From: Candidatus Omnitrophota bacterium
GTDB lineage: Bacteria; Omnitrophota; Gorgyraeia; Gygaellales; UBA12090
Length of the DNA stretch: 64,000 nucleotides
Reading direction: 5' to 3'
Assembly: GCA_030674475.1 (NCBI GenBank)
Contig: JAUSCZ010000041.1
Coordinates: 3,481 to 67,480 of the forward strand
Below are positions 55,374 to 64,000 of the stretch, one piece after another. A program made the translations under genes and the position numbers. A model generated the notes under the pieces. The model was not told where the DNA came from and did no database searches. It was given only the letters and a program-made list of their open reading frames with translations. Position 1 is the first letter of the stretch. Each line of letters starts with the position of its first letter.

Positions 55374-58300
55374 CTATTTATTCTTCTTTTTTACCTCTAT
55401 ACCGTTAGAATGGCCTCCTTTTGACCATTGGCCGGCGCCGTTTTTAGCCTTGACATTAAAATAATACTCTTTCCCGGTCTTAAGCTTTAGGCTAGGGACA
55501 GTAACCGAGGTATTTGTCCCGGCAGAGGTCCAATCCAGGGCATTGGTTTTGCCTTTAGCAGTGCCGATGGAATACTGATATTCGCTAATCCCGGATTCCT
55601 TGTCTGAGCTTGACCAGGAAGCGGAAAGCTTATTATGTGAACGGGTATGCTCTTTACCGTCCTTAACCTTGGGCTTTTCCGGGACAGAGGTATCCACAGT
55701 AACGGTATCGCTGTATACGGAAGACCAGTTACCGGCGGCATCCTTGAATTTAGCATAGACTGTTTTCTTGCCGCTTCCAAAAGATAAACTCCAAGTCTTG
55801 GCCGTAGAATAGGTTTCAGCGCTGGACCAATTACTGTTATCGTTAGAAAACATCATTTCTGACAAGCCGCTGGAAGAATCCGAAGCGGAAAGCATTAAAA
55901 CAACATCGGATTGGGCCGTATAAGAGGCATTATTATTTATCTTTATTGAGCCGCTGGGGGAAGCAGTATCAATTTTAATGGCTGACTCAGCACTCTTAAC
56001 TGTTTCAGAGTTGCCGGCTTTATCAATAGAATAGTATCTTATGCTATAAGTGCCTTCCGTGGATAAAGTAAAGGGAGAGCTATAGGTGAGTGCCGGGTCA
56101 GAACCGTCGGTGGAATAATAGGTCTTGTCCACTCCGGAGACGGAATCCGAGGCAGTTAAAGTAATGGTTACCGAGGCCTTATTCCAGCTATCCGAATCTA
56201 CCCCGGATAATTCCGTGGAAGGCGCGGTCTTATCAATCTTAACCGAAGCAGTCTTGGTTGACTCGGAATTCCCGGCCTTATCCTGAGAATAATATTTTAT
56301 GTTATAACTGCCGTCCTCGGCCATGGTAAAAGGGCCGCTATATGCGCCTACAGCGCTGGAAACATCGGTAGAATAATAGGTCTTGTCCACTCCGGAGGCG
56401 GAATCCGAGGCGGTCAGGGTAATTGTAACTGCCTCTGTATGCCAATCCTCACTATCTCCTAAACCCGACATAGCCGTAGAAGGCGCGGCCTTATCAATCT
56501 TAACTTGATAATCCGCGGTTTTAATTGATTCAGAGTTTCCGGCCTTATCAATAGAATAATATTTTATGGAGTAGGTTCCATCGTCAGATAATGTAAAAGG
56601 CCCGTCATAGGTAGCTGTGGGGTCAGAACCGTCGGTGGAATAATAGGTCTTGTCCGCTCCGGAGACGGAATCCGAGGCGGTTAAAGTAATGGTTACCGAG
56701 GCCTTATTCCAGCTATCCGAATCTACCCCGGATAATTCCGTGGAAGGCGCTGTGCTGTCAACGGTAATTCCGTCAGAATACCCCGTGTCCGACCAAAGCT
56801 CAGCTTCATTTTTGGCCTTGACGCTAAAATAATAAGTCGCGCCCTCGCTTAAGCTAAGCCCGGACTTAGTTACGGATATATCCGTTCCGGCGGATGTCCA
56901 GCCAGTCATATCTGTCGCGCCTGAAGAAGTACCAATGGCATATTGATATTCCAAGATCGCGGATTCATTGTCGGAGCTCGACCAGCCGGCATAAAGCAGA
57001 TCGGTTTTAACCGTATATTGGCCTTCATCCGTTACTTCAGTGGTAGAGGGAGCGGTTGAGTCTTGGGTATCGCTGTCAGCGCCAACCTCAGTTACATAAA
57101 CATTAAAGGTATCCGCCTCGTCTTCCCTGATCCAGACAACCTTATTCCCGGATATGGCCACACCCTGATCCGCCTGTTCACTCACAGTAAGCCTTTTTTC
57201 TTCATCCGTATTCAAATCGTAAAGATAGATATCGGAGTTTCCATTTCTCTCATCCAGATACACAATCTTCTTACCGGATATCGCGCAATACCAGGGATTG
57301 GCCTCATCGCCGGTAATCCTCTTTTCCTCTTTAGAATCCAAATCATAGAGATAGACATCGGTATGGCTGTTACGGCTGTCCAGATAAACCACCCTTTTGC
57401 CGGAAATCCGCGGGCTATAAGGCGAACCGCTGGTATCTGAATTGATTTTGGACTCTTCAGCGCTTTCTAAATCGTATAAATAAACATCACTGCCGACGCG
57501 CTTATCCTGCCAGACTATCTTTTTTCCGGATATCGCGGGGTCCGAAGGATAAGATTCCGCGGAGTTCATTGCCTGCTTTTCTCCTTTATCCAGGTCATAG
57601 AGATAGACGCTTGCGCTATCGCCGTCAGAATCCTCAAGCCAGACGATCTTACTCCCGGAAATGGAAAGGTAATATTTGTCGGATTCGGTTTCGCCGGTAA
57701 TCAGGGTCTCTTCTTTGCTATCCAAATCATAAACATAAATCGGCCACTTGTATTTGTAAGAAGTCTCGCTATCCCGGCTATCATAGAAAACCACCTTGCT
57801 GGCGCAAAGGAAAGGAAACCTCCGGTTGGCCTGAGAGGAAGAGCTAAAAGAAAGTTTTTCTTCCTGGTTAGCCTCTAAATCATAAGAATACAACTCGTAG
57901 TAATCCCCGCTCTTATAGGCCCAGATAATCTTATCTCCGTCAATGGCCGGGCGATTTTCTTCCAGGGCGTCTTTCGCGCTCGCGGAATTAAGCTTCTTTA
58001 TCCCTAAGTGGGTCTGAATATTCAGGGTTCTATCGTCACTTCCCAGCGCGGTCAGGGTTAAAGAAAAATCCACTATCTTCTCGCCGGTAAAAGAAGAAAC
58101 CGCCTTAAACTTAAAAGGGCTGGCGGAATTACTTAGAGAGCCGTCTTTCTTAATTGTGCCGTATTCATAAGAGGATGCGCTTATATTCACATCCGAGTCC
58201 TCTGTGCTCAAAGCGCCCTGCACTGAATAGGCGTCGCCTCCGGTATTCTTGATTTCCACAGTCAGGATAGCCTCTTCATCCTCTTCCACCATCCCATCCC

Positions 58301-60002
58301 CATCTCCGGAAGATTCGCTCACCGCAGCCGAAACAATCTCAAAAGCAGGATCTTCATCGGCAAGCAGGCCGTTAAAGACATTTACCCGGCCTGAGCCCAA
58401 TTTCCCGGAGTATCCGGAATTAAGGCTGTCTATATTATCGGCTGAAGAGGTAATTTTGGCCTTAATCTCACTCTGGGTATAGTCAGGATACTGGCTGATA
58501 ATTAAGCCAGCCAATCCGGCAACATACGGAGAGGCCATAGAAGTGCCTTCAATCGGATCACCCTGGTAAGAACTGCTATAACCCGAAGAATCCGCCAAAA
58601 ATCCCGATGTAGGAACCGTGCTTAATATCCCGCTGTCTTTGGTGCTGTCGCCTCCGGGAGCAAAAACATCCACCCAATCACCGTAATTAGAATAACTGGC
58701 CTTGGTATCATCTTTAGCAGTCGCGCCTACCGCTATAACATTATCAAAAGCCGCGGGATAACAATATGTCTTATCTTCTGTTTCCTCATTTCCGGCGGCC
58801 ACGACAATTATCACGCCCTTAGAATAGGCGTCATCTATTGCTTCTTTTACGGTTTTCAATTTTAAGGATGTTCCGCCGCCAAAACTCATATTCATCACAT
58901 CCGCGCCGTTATCCGCGGCATATTTTATAGCTGAAGCCACATCATCAACTTCAAACAATCCATAGACGTAAGTATTGTCGCTTATGGCAAAACCGGCTCT
59001 CACCGGCATTATCTTACAATCATAACATACCCCGGCTACTCCGAGGCCATTATTCCCCTTGGCCGCGGCTATCCCCGCGACATGCGTGCCGTGGCCGTAA
59101 TAATCTTTTGGCTCATAATCAATTTCCGCGTAATCCTCATCTGAAAATAACACATAGCCCTTATCGGTATAACTGCTAGTTTCAATATTCACAAAGTCCT
59201 TACCCGGATTACCGTCGGCATCATTCCAGATGTTGTCCTTTAAATCCTCGTGATTATAATCAACGCCCGAGTCAATGACCGCGATAATCGTATCCGAATC
59301 ACCGGCATTTATCTCCCATCCGCTTTCAGCCTGGGTATTCTGATGCGCCCACTGCTGGCTGTATTTGGCGTCATTGGGAGCTAGATTGGCCCTGAGAACA
59401 TAATTCGGCTCAGCGTATTCCACCGCCGGACTTTCTTCATAATCAGCCGTCATTTGGGATATATCAGCATCCGAGTCCTGAGTCTTTAAGAGATAAATGC
59501 TTTCCAGGCTGGAAGAGGCCTGTCCACTGTTAAGCGCGCGCTTCTGTCTCTTTTCCAGGCGCAAGATCAGCTCCTCCTGCTTCTTAATCTTTCCCCGGAT
59601 TTCTTCCTTATCCTTTTCTATCCTTTGTTGATAATCCTTATATTCCTGGGAGTCTTTATCCAACTGCCAATACCATCTTTGGTGTTCAACATCAAGCTTG
59701 GCCAAATCCTCTTTAAGGCCGGACAGGACATTTTCCGGATTAGGGGCATCCTTAAATACCCCTTCCATAGAGCTTACTTTATATTTGGAGTTTAATTCTT
59801 GCAAGTCAGTTGTAGTTTTGCTTTCTTTCAGCTTAACTATCAACTGGCCGGGGACATAACTCGCGGGGTCTAATTTTTTAGCCGATATGCCGGAAGGAAG
59901 ATGAGCCTCTTCTGCTAATGCTATGGGAAACAGTGTCAACAGCAGACTTAATATTGCAGTTTGATAAAGTTTTAATTTTGTATTTTGCGAAAATGTCCTC
60001 AT
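55374..60002 (-). CDS. large secreted S8 serine protease with beta-propeller and Ig/FN3-like repeats
   Basis: IAVIDSG, HGTHVAG, AAGN, GTSMASP; ISGxKIVW/YLYDL repeats; three APST..TITLTASD..TYYSTDG repeats (near-identical DNA at about 56095-56225 and 56620-56750). Confidence 0.92.
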   Translation of the reverse strand: MRTFSQNTKLKLYQTAILSLLLTLFPIALAEEAHLPSGISAKKLDPASYVPGQLIVKLKESKTTTDLQELNSKYKVSSMEGVFKDAPNPENVLSGLKEDLAKLDVEHQRWYWQLDKDSQEYKDYQQRIEKDKEEIRGKIKKQEELILRLEKRQKRALNSGQASSSLESIYLLKTQDSDADISQMTADYEESPAVEYAEPNYVLRANLAPNDAKYSQQWAHQNTQAESGWEINAGDSDTIIAVIDSGVDYNHEDLKDNIWNDADGNPGKDFVNIETSSYTDKGYVLFSDEDYAEIDYEPKDYYGHGTHVAGIAAAKGNNGLGVAGVCYDCKIMPVRAGFAISDNTYVYGLFEVDDVASAIKYAADNGADVMNMSFGGGTSLKLKTVKEAIDDAYSKGVIIVVAAGNEETEDKTYCYPAAFDNVIAVGATAKDDTKASYSNYGDWVDVFAPGGDSTKDSGILSTVPTSGFLADSSGYSSSYQGDPIEGTSMASPYVAGLAGLIISQYPDYTQSEIKAKITSSADNIDSLNSGYSGKLGSGRVNVFNGLLADEDPAFEIVSAAVSESSGDGDGMVEEDEEAILTVEIKNTGGDAYSVQGALSTEDSDVNISASSYEYGTIKKDGSLSNSASPFKFKAVSSFTGEKIVDFSLTLTALGSDDRTLNIQTHLGIKKLNSASAKDALEENRPAIDGDKIIWAYKSGDYYELYSYDLEANQEEKLSFSSSSQANRRFPFLCASKVVFYDSRDSETSYKYKWPIYVYDLDSKEETLITGETESDKYYLSISGSKIVWLEDSDGDSASVYLYDLDKGEKQAMNSAESYPSDPAISGKKIVWQDKRVGSDVYLYDLESAEESKINSDTSGSPYSPRISGKRVVYLDSRNSHTDVYLYDLDSKEEKRITGDEANPWYCAISGKKIVYLDERNGNSDIYLYDLNTDEEKRLTVSEQADQGVAISGNKVVWIREDEADTFNVYVTEVGADSDTQDSTAPSTTEVTDEGQYTVKTDLLYAGWSSSDNESAILEYQYAIGTSSGATDMTGWTSAGTDISVTKSGLSLSEGATYYFSVKAKNEAELWSDTGYSDGITVDSTAPSTELSGVDSDSWNKASVTITLTASDSVSGADKTYYSTDGSDPTATYDGPFTLSDDGTYSIKYYSIDKAGNSESIKTADYQVKIDKAAPSTAMSGLGDSEDWHTEAVTITLTASDSASGVDKTYYSTDVSSAVGAYSGPFTMAEDGSYNIKYYSQDKAGNSESTKTASVKIDKTAPSTELSGVDSDSWNKASVTITLTASDSVSGVDKTYYSTDGSDPALTYSSPFTLSTEGTYSIRYYSIDKAGNSETVKSAESAIKIDTASPSGSIKINNNASYTAQSDVVLMLSASDSSSGLSEMMFSNDNSNWSSAETYSTAKTWSLSFGSGKKTVYAKFKDAAGNWSSVYSDTVTVDTSVPEKPKVKDGKEHTRSHNKLSASWSSSDKESGISEYQYSIGTAKGKTNALDWTSAGTNTSVTVPSLKLKTGKEYYFNVKAKNGAGQWSKGGHSNGIEVKKKNK

Positions 60003-60100
60003 TATGACTAAAGTATACCATACTTTTTGCCTTTTTCAAGGCCCGGAAGGCGATTTTAGGAAAACGCTTCCTTATCAATAGGCTATTATTTACCATATTG

Positions 60101-61513
60101 TTACATTCCTATATAAAAGCAAGAGAATGGTAAGCCGCTTAATTGATGCGCAATCTTAAACAGCCAAAGCATAGAAAAGTCTATAGTTACCGCTATTGGT
60201 AAGGCTATGGCCGGACAAATCAGTGCCGATACACAAAGAGTAAACCCCAATATTATCACCAGGCTAACCAGAGGCACAATAATCAGGTTAGCCAATATGG
60301 CTACGGGAGTTATAATCCGGAAATAATAGAGGATAAGCCAAAAAGTAGAAAGCCAGGCCGCCAGGGAAACCGCCAGGCTGTTTACCATAAACCTGATTGC
60401 CGGACTTGTTTTGGGTTTTAATTTAAACCAGCCAATAATCCGGGGAGATAATGACACAATCCCTAAAACGCTGATAAAAGAAAGCTGAAAACCGATGTCA
60501 AATATCTGCCTGGGGCTATAACCCAGGATTATCAGGGCGGATAGGCTTAAACTATTAATTATATCCGTATCTCTTTCCAGCAGATATCCGATTAAAACCA
60601 CTACCGCCATCAAAGTAGCCCTGGCTACCGAGGCCTGGGCCCCTACCGCGCACATATGAATAAACAAAATTGGAATAGCCAGAAAATAACGGCATTTGCG
60701 CTTTATTCTTAGAGCCTTCAATAAAAAGAGAACGGTAAAAACCACTATCCCCACATTAAAACCGCTGATGGCAATGATATGGGCGGTGCCGGTGCGGGTA
60801 AAATCCTCCCGGATCTGGGCCGGGAGGCCTTGCCGGTCTCCCAGGGTTATCGCCGATAAAACCGCGCTGTTAAGCGGTTGGAGATATTTTTCAAATATCC
60901 CCTTCAGCCGCTGTTTAATCCTAAAAGCTAAAGAAATAAATAAATTCCCCTTATCCCGGCCTAAAAAGATAATTTCCCTTTCTTTGCCCACCTCCAGAAG
61001 ATAATAAATCCCCTGGCTTTTCAGATACTCCGGGTAGGAAAAACTTGGGTTCGCGCTAAAATTAAACGGCCTATGCAGGGATCCCTCTAAAATCAGCTCA
61101 TCACCATAATAAAAATCATGGCGGCCAAAGGCATTAACCAGAATCTCTCCGCGGACAGGATAAAATTTGTCCGAAATAATCAGTTTTTTAGCCTGGAAGT
61201 GAAAGCTGGTCTTGCGCCTGGTGGATGCCGGGTCATTATCCACAATACCCTGGATCCGCGCGCTTAAGCTTCCCTTAATCTTTAAAGAGCCGATATGCCC
61301 CGGCGGCAATAAATCATAATTCCGGATATGCATTGACCCCAAGGAGAGGCAAAACAATAAAAAGACCCAGAAAAAAACCGCCTTTTTATTTATGAATAAA
61401 AAAGCGGTTAAAAGCATGGCCGCGGATAAAACCAACCAGGCCCAAAAGTGGATATTGATAAAACTACCCGCCAATATCCCCAGGGTAAAAGAAATCGCGA
61501 TAAAGGTTACTAT
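60101..61513 (-). CDS. comEC: ComEC/Rec2 competence protein (no C-terminal beta-lactamase domain); start uncertain
   Basis: GTAHIIAISGFNV, SVARATLM, GFQLSF, ANL; frame open to 61519 behind AAGGAGG with no ATG/GTG. Confidence 0.88.
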   Translation of the reverse strand: MVTFIAISFTLGILAGSFINIHFWAWLVLSAAMLLTAFLFINKKAVFFWVFLLFCLSLGSMHIRNYDLLPPGHIGSLKIKGSLSARIQGIVDNDPASTRRKTSFHFQAKKLIISDKFYPVRGEILVNAFGRHDFYYGDELILEGSLHRPFNFSANPSFSYPEYLKSQGIYYLLEVGKEREIIFLGRDKGNLFISLAFRIKQRLKGIFEKYLQPLNSAVLSAITLGDRQGLPAQIREDFTRTGTAHIIAISGFNVGIVVFTVLFLLKALRIKRKCRYFLAIPILFIHMCAVGAQASVARATLMAVVVLIGYLLERDTDIINSLSLSALIILGYSPRQIFDIGFQLSFISVLGIVSLSPRIIGWFKLKPKTSPAIRFMVNSLAVSLAAWLSTFWLILYYFRIITPVAILANLIIVPLVSLVIILGFTLCVSALICPAIALPIAVTIDFSMLWLFKIAHQLSGLPFSCFYIGM

Positions 61514-61529
61514 GGAGATTTATCCTCCT

Positions 61530-61868
61530 TTATTCCAGGATAAGATAATCTTTGAGCCGCTTAAGCTTCTTAGGGCCAAGGCCTTGGACCTTTTGCAGTT
61601 CCTCAAAGCTCTTAAATCCGCCGATAGAATTACGGTATTCTATGATATTTCCGGCCAGGACCGGGCCAATCTCCGGCAGGCGGATTAATTCTTCCAGGCT
61701 GGCTTTATTCGGGTTTATTTTTTTCTCTATTATTGAATGGGGACTTTGCGGCAGGATGACTTTGAATCCGGGGTTTATCTTCTGCAGGTAATTTATAATT
61801 ATCCCGGCCAAGACCACAGCCCCCACAAACAACAAGACCTGTTTTTCCTGGCGGGTCAGATTAAGCAT
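61530..61868 (-). CDS. comEA: ComEA-like helix-hairpin-helix DNA-binding protein
   Basis: [23 protein letters not shown]...F.SFEEL..V.GLG. Confidence 0.88.
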   Translation of the reverse strand: MLNLTRQEKQVLLFVGAVVLAGIIINYLQKINPGFKVILPQSPHSIIEKKINPNKASLEELIRLPEIGPVLAGNIIEYRNSIGGFKSFEELQKVQGLGPKKLKRLKDYLILE

Positions 61869-61877
61869 ACCGCGATT

Positions 61878-64000
61878 TTAAATTACTATGTTTACCAATT
61901 TTCCGGGAACCACGATAATTTTCTTTGCCGGCTTATCCTCAATCCACTTCTTTATTCCCGGCTCGTTCAGACAACGCTGTTTTAATTCCTCTTCCGCGAT
62001 ATCTTTGCTGACCACGATAGTGCCTCGGTGTTTACCGTTTATCTGAATCACGATGGTGATATTTTCTTCCGTCAGCAGGCTTTCATCGGCTCGCGGCCAT
62101 GGGGCTCGCGTTATGCTTTCGCTGTGGCCTAAGCCCTGCCAGAGCTCCTCGCTAAAGTGCGGGGCAATCGGAGAAATTAAGACAACTAACTGGGAAAAAA
62201 CCTCTTTATCCGCTCCTGACTGATATATGGCATTAACCAACTCCATCAGGCCGGCGATAGCGGTGTTGAATTTAAATTCCTCTATATCGGCGGTAACCTT
62301 TTTGATGGCCTTATGCAGAGCGCGGTAAACTTGAAGGTCGGCCTTTTCTTTTAAGTTATCCTGGATGCGCCAGAGGCGGTTGAGAAATTTAAAGGCCCCC
62401 TCTATCCCCCGGTCATCCCACTCCAGCTCAGTCTCCGGGGGAGCGGCAAAAAGGATAAACAACCTTAAGGTATCCGCGCCGTATTTCTGAATTATGGAAT
62501 CCGGGTCAACAATATTGCCCCGGGATTTTGACATTACCTCGCCGTCTTTTAAAACCATACCCTGGGTGAGCAGGGATTTAAAAGGTTCGTGGAAATCTAT
62601 CATTCCCAAATCCTGAAAGAACTTGGTGAAAAAACGCGAATATAACAAATGTAGGATGGCGTGCTCAATCCCGCCGATGTATTGATCAACCGGCATCCAA
62701 TATTTGGCTTCTTTAACGTCAAACGGATTATTCTCATCTTGGGGTGAACAGAATCTCAAGAAATACCAGGAAGAATCAAAGAAGGTGGCCATAGTATCGG
62801 TTTCCCGGCGGGCTTTTTCCTGGCATTTAGGACAAACGGTATCCACAAATTCCTTAACCTTGCCTAAAGGACTACCCCCCTCACCGGTAAAAGGCGCATC
62901 TTCAGGAAGCTCCACCGGTAGGGCCTCGTAGGGCACCGGAACAATCCCGCATTTCGGGCAATAAACAATCGGAATAGGTGTTCCCCAATAACGTTGGCGG
63001 GAGATAAGCCAATCCCGAAGCCGCCAATGGGTTACAATTTTACCCATACCCTCTTTCTCCATCCATTGGGCAATTTTAATCTTAGCCTCTTGGTTCGCCA
63101 GGCCGTCAAACTCCCCGGAATTAACCTGTAGACCATCACCCTCATAGGCTTCCCTCATTTCTTCCGGTGACCTGGTGACCTGGTGACCTGGTGACTTTAT
63201 CACAATTCGCATTGGCAAATTGTGTTCTTTAGTAAACAAGAAATCCCTCTGGTCATGGGCAGGCACAGCCATAATCGCGCCTGTGCCGTATTCCATCAAC
63301 ACATAGTCGGCAATCCAGACCAGAATAACTTCCCGGTTAACCGGATTAATGCAATAGGCCCCGGTCCAAACCCCTTCTTTTTTTACATCTTCTTTAACCC
63401 GGGATATTTTGCTCTCCTGAGATACCCTCTCTATAAAGGTTAAGGCCTCTTTTTCTTGCGGTCTACCCCGGATAATCTCTTTTACTAAGGGGTGTTCCGG
63501 CGCCAAAACCACATAGGTTGCCCCGAAAATAGTATCCGCTCGGGTGGTAAAGACCGTAATTACCTTATCGCTATCTTTCAGGCGAAAATATATTTCCGTC
63601 CCCTGGCTCTTTCCAATCCAGTTGCTCTGCATGGCGATAACCCGCGGGGGCCATTTATCCAACTGCTTCAAATCCTCCAGCAGACGCTCCTTGTATTCGG
63701 TAATCTTCAGATACCACTGTTCCAGCTCTTTCTGCTCCACCGGACTGTGGCACCTCCAGCATTCACCCTCAATAACCTCTTCATTGGCCAGAGTGGTTGA
63801 GCAGGAAGGGCACCAGTTAACCCCGGAGGCCTTTTTATACGCTAAGCCGCGCTCAAACATCTTCAGGAATATCCACTGGTTCCATTTATAATAACTGCTG
63901 TCGCAGGTGGAAAGCTCCCGCTCCCAATCATAGGAAAAACCCATCTTCTTTAATTCCACCTTCATCCACTCAATACACTTATGGGTCCAATCATCCGGCT
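61878..64000 (-). CDS. leuS: leucine--tRNA ligase (5' end outside the window)
   Basis: TTLANEEV, VFTTRADT, GTGAIMAVPAHDQRD, DWLISRQRYWG, YIGGIEHA, VMSKS. Confidence 0.98.
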   Translation of the reverse strand, partial: PDDWTHKCIEWMKVELKKMGFSYDWERELSTCDSSYYKWNQWIFLKMFERGLAYKKASGVNWCPSCSTTLANEEVIEGECWRCHSPVEQKELEQWYLKITEYKERLLEDLKQLDKWPPRVIAMQSNWIGKSQGTEIYFRLKDSDKVITVFTTRADTIFGATYVVLAPEHPLVKEIIRGRPQEKEALTFIERVSQESKISRVKEDVKKEGVWTGAYCINPVNREVILVWIADYVLMEYGTGAIMAVPAHDQRDFLFTKEHNLPMRIVIKSPGHQVTRSPEEMREAYEGDGLQVNSGEFDGLANQEAKIKIAQWMEKEGMGKIVTHWRLRDWLISRQRYWGTPIPIVYCPKCGIVPVPYEALPVELPEDAPFTGEGGSPLGKVKEFVDTVCPKCQEKARRETDTMATFFDSSWYFLRFCSPQDENNPFDVKEAKYWMPVDQYIGGIEHAILHLLYSRFFTKFFQDLGMIDFHEPFKSLLTQGMVLKDGEVMSKSRGNIVDPDSIIQKYGADTLRLFILFAAPPETELEWDDRGIEGAFKFLNRLWRIQDNLKEKADLQVYRALHKAIKKVTADIEEFKFNTAIAGLMELVNAIYQSGADKEVFSQLVVLISPIAPHFSEELWQGLGHSESITRAPWPRADESLLTEENITIVIQINGKHRGTIVVSKDIAEEELKQRCLNEPGIKKWIEDKPAKKIIVVPGKLVNIVI
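63163..63197. repeat. 35-bp (GGTGACCT)n octamer array, identical to 25375-25409
   Basis: TCCGGTGACCTGGTGACCTGGTGACCTGGTGACTT at both loci, both read as KSPGHQVTRSPE. Confidence 0.9.

Noticed and set aside
55242-55424. 60-aa ORF containing CHCEARSEAI...LLRFARND
   Set aside because: Translation of the REP-like palindrome inside the MITE.
56095-56750. Spaced direct repeats considered as a CRISPR array or DGR template/variable pair
   Set aside because: They are in-frame Ig-like domain repeats of the S8 protease; no repeat-spacer periodicity, cas genes or reverse transcriptase.

Overview
Bacterial (diderm, roughly 40-45% GC by eye) chromosomal window, almost all genes on the minus strand. Protein families and repeat style suggest Candidatus Omnitrophota (inference). 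From left to right: a czcI-like leader with czcCBA efflux genes; a cluster of CO2/bicarbonate- and oxaloacetate-using enzymes (pckG, purC, tsaC, gamma carbonic anhydrase, purE, aspC, a citrate/homocitrate synthase) bracketed by two DUF2294/MpsC genes and preceded by a terminator/antiterminator leader; a Fur-boxed iron uptake operon (fur, YezD-like, porin, FMN-binding protein, split feoB, dtxR-feoA) with a nucleotidyltransferase module integrated at its 3' end; dsbA, a modular secreted protein, a ZIP transporter coupled to an unannotated bL37-like micropeptide; envelope and housekeeping genes (GT4, epimerase, lpxL-like, lnt, secA, frameshifted prfB, pilT/U, ogt, uvrC); a 7 kb defence island (integrase-less attC cassette array, RelE TA pair, AbiEi-like, HipBST-like, RloAB/AbiL-like); then murJ, rpsT, holA, lptE, bamD, a large S8 protease, comEC, comEA and leuS. 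The window has many MITEs with target-site duplications, palindromic repeats and 7-8 bp tandem repeats, several inserted in frame in proteins. No rRNA, tRNA or CRISPR array was seen. All product calls come from motif recognition, not from database searches.
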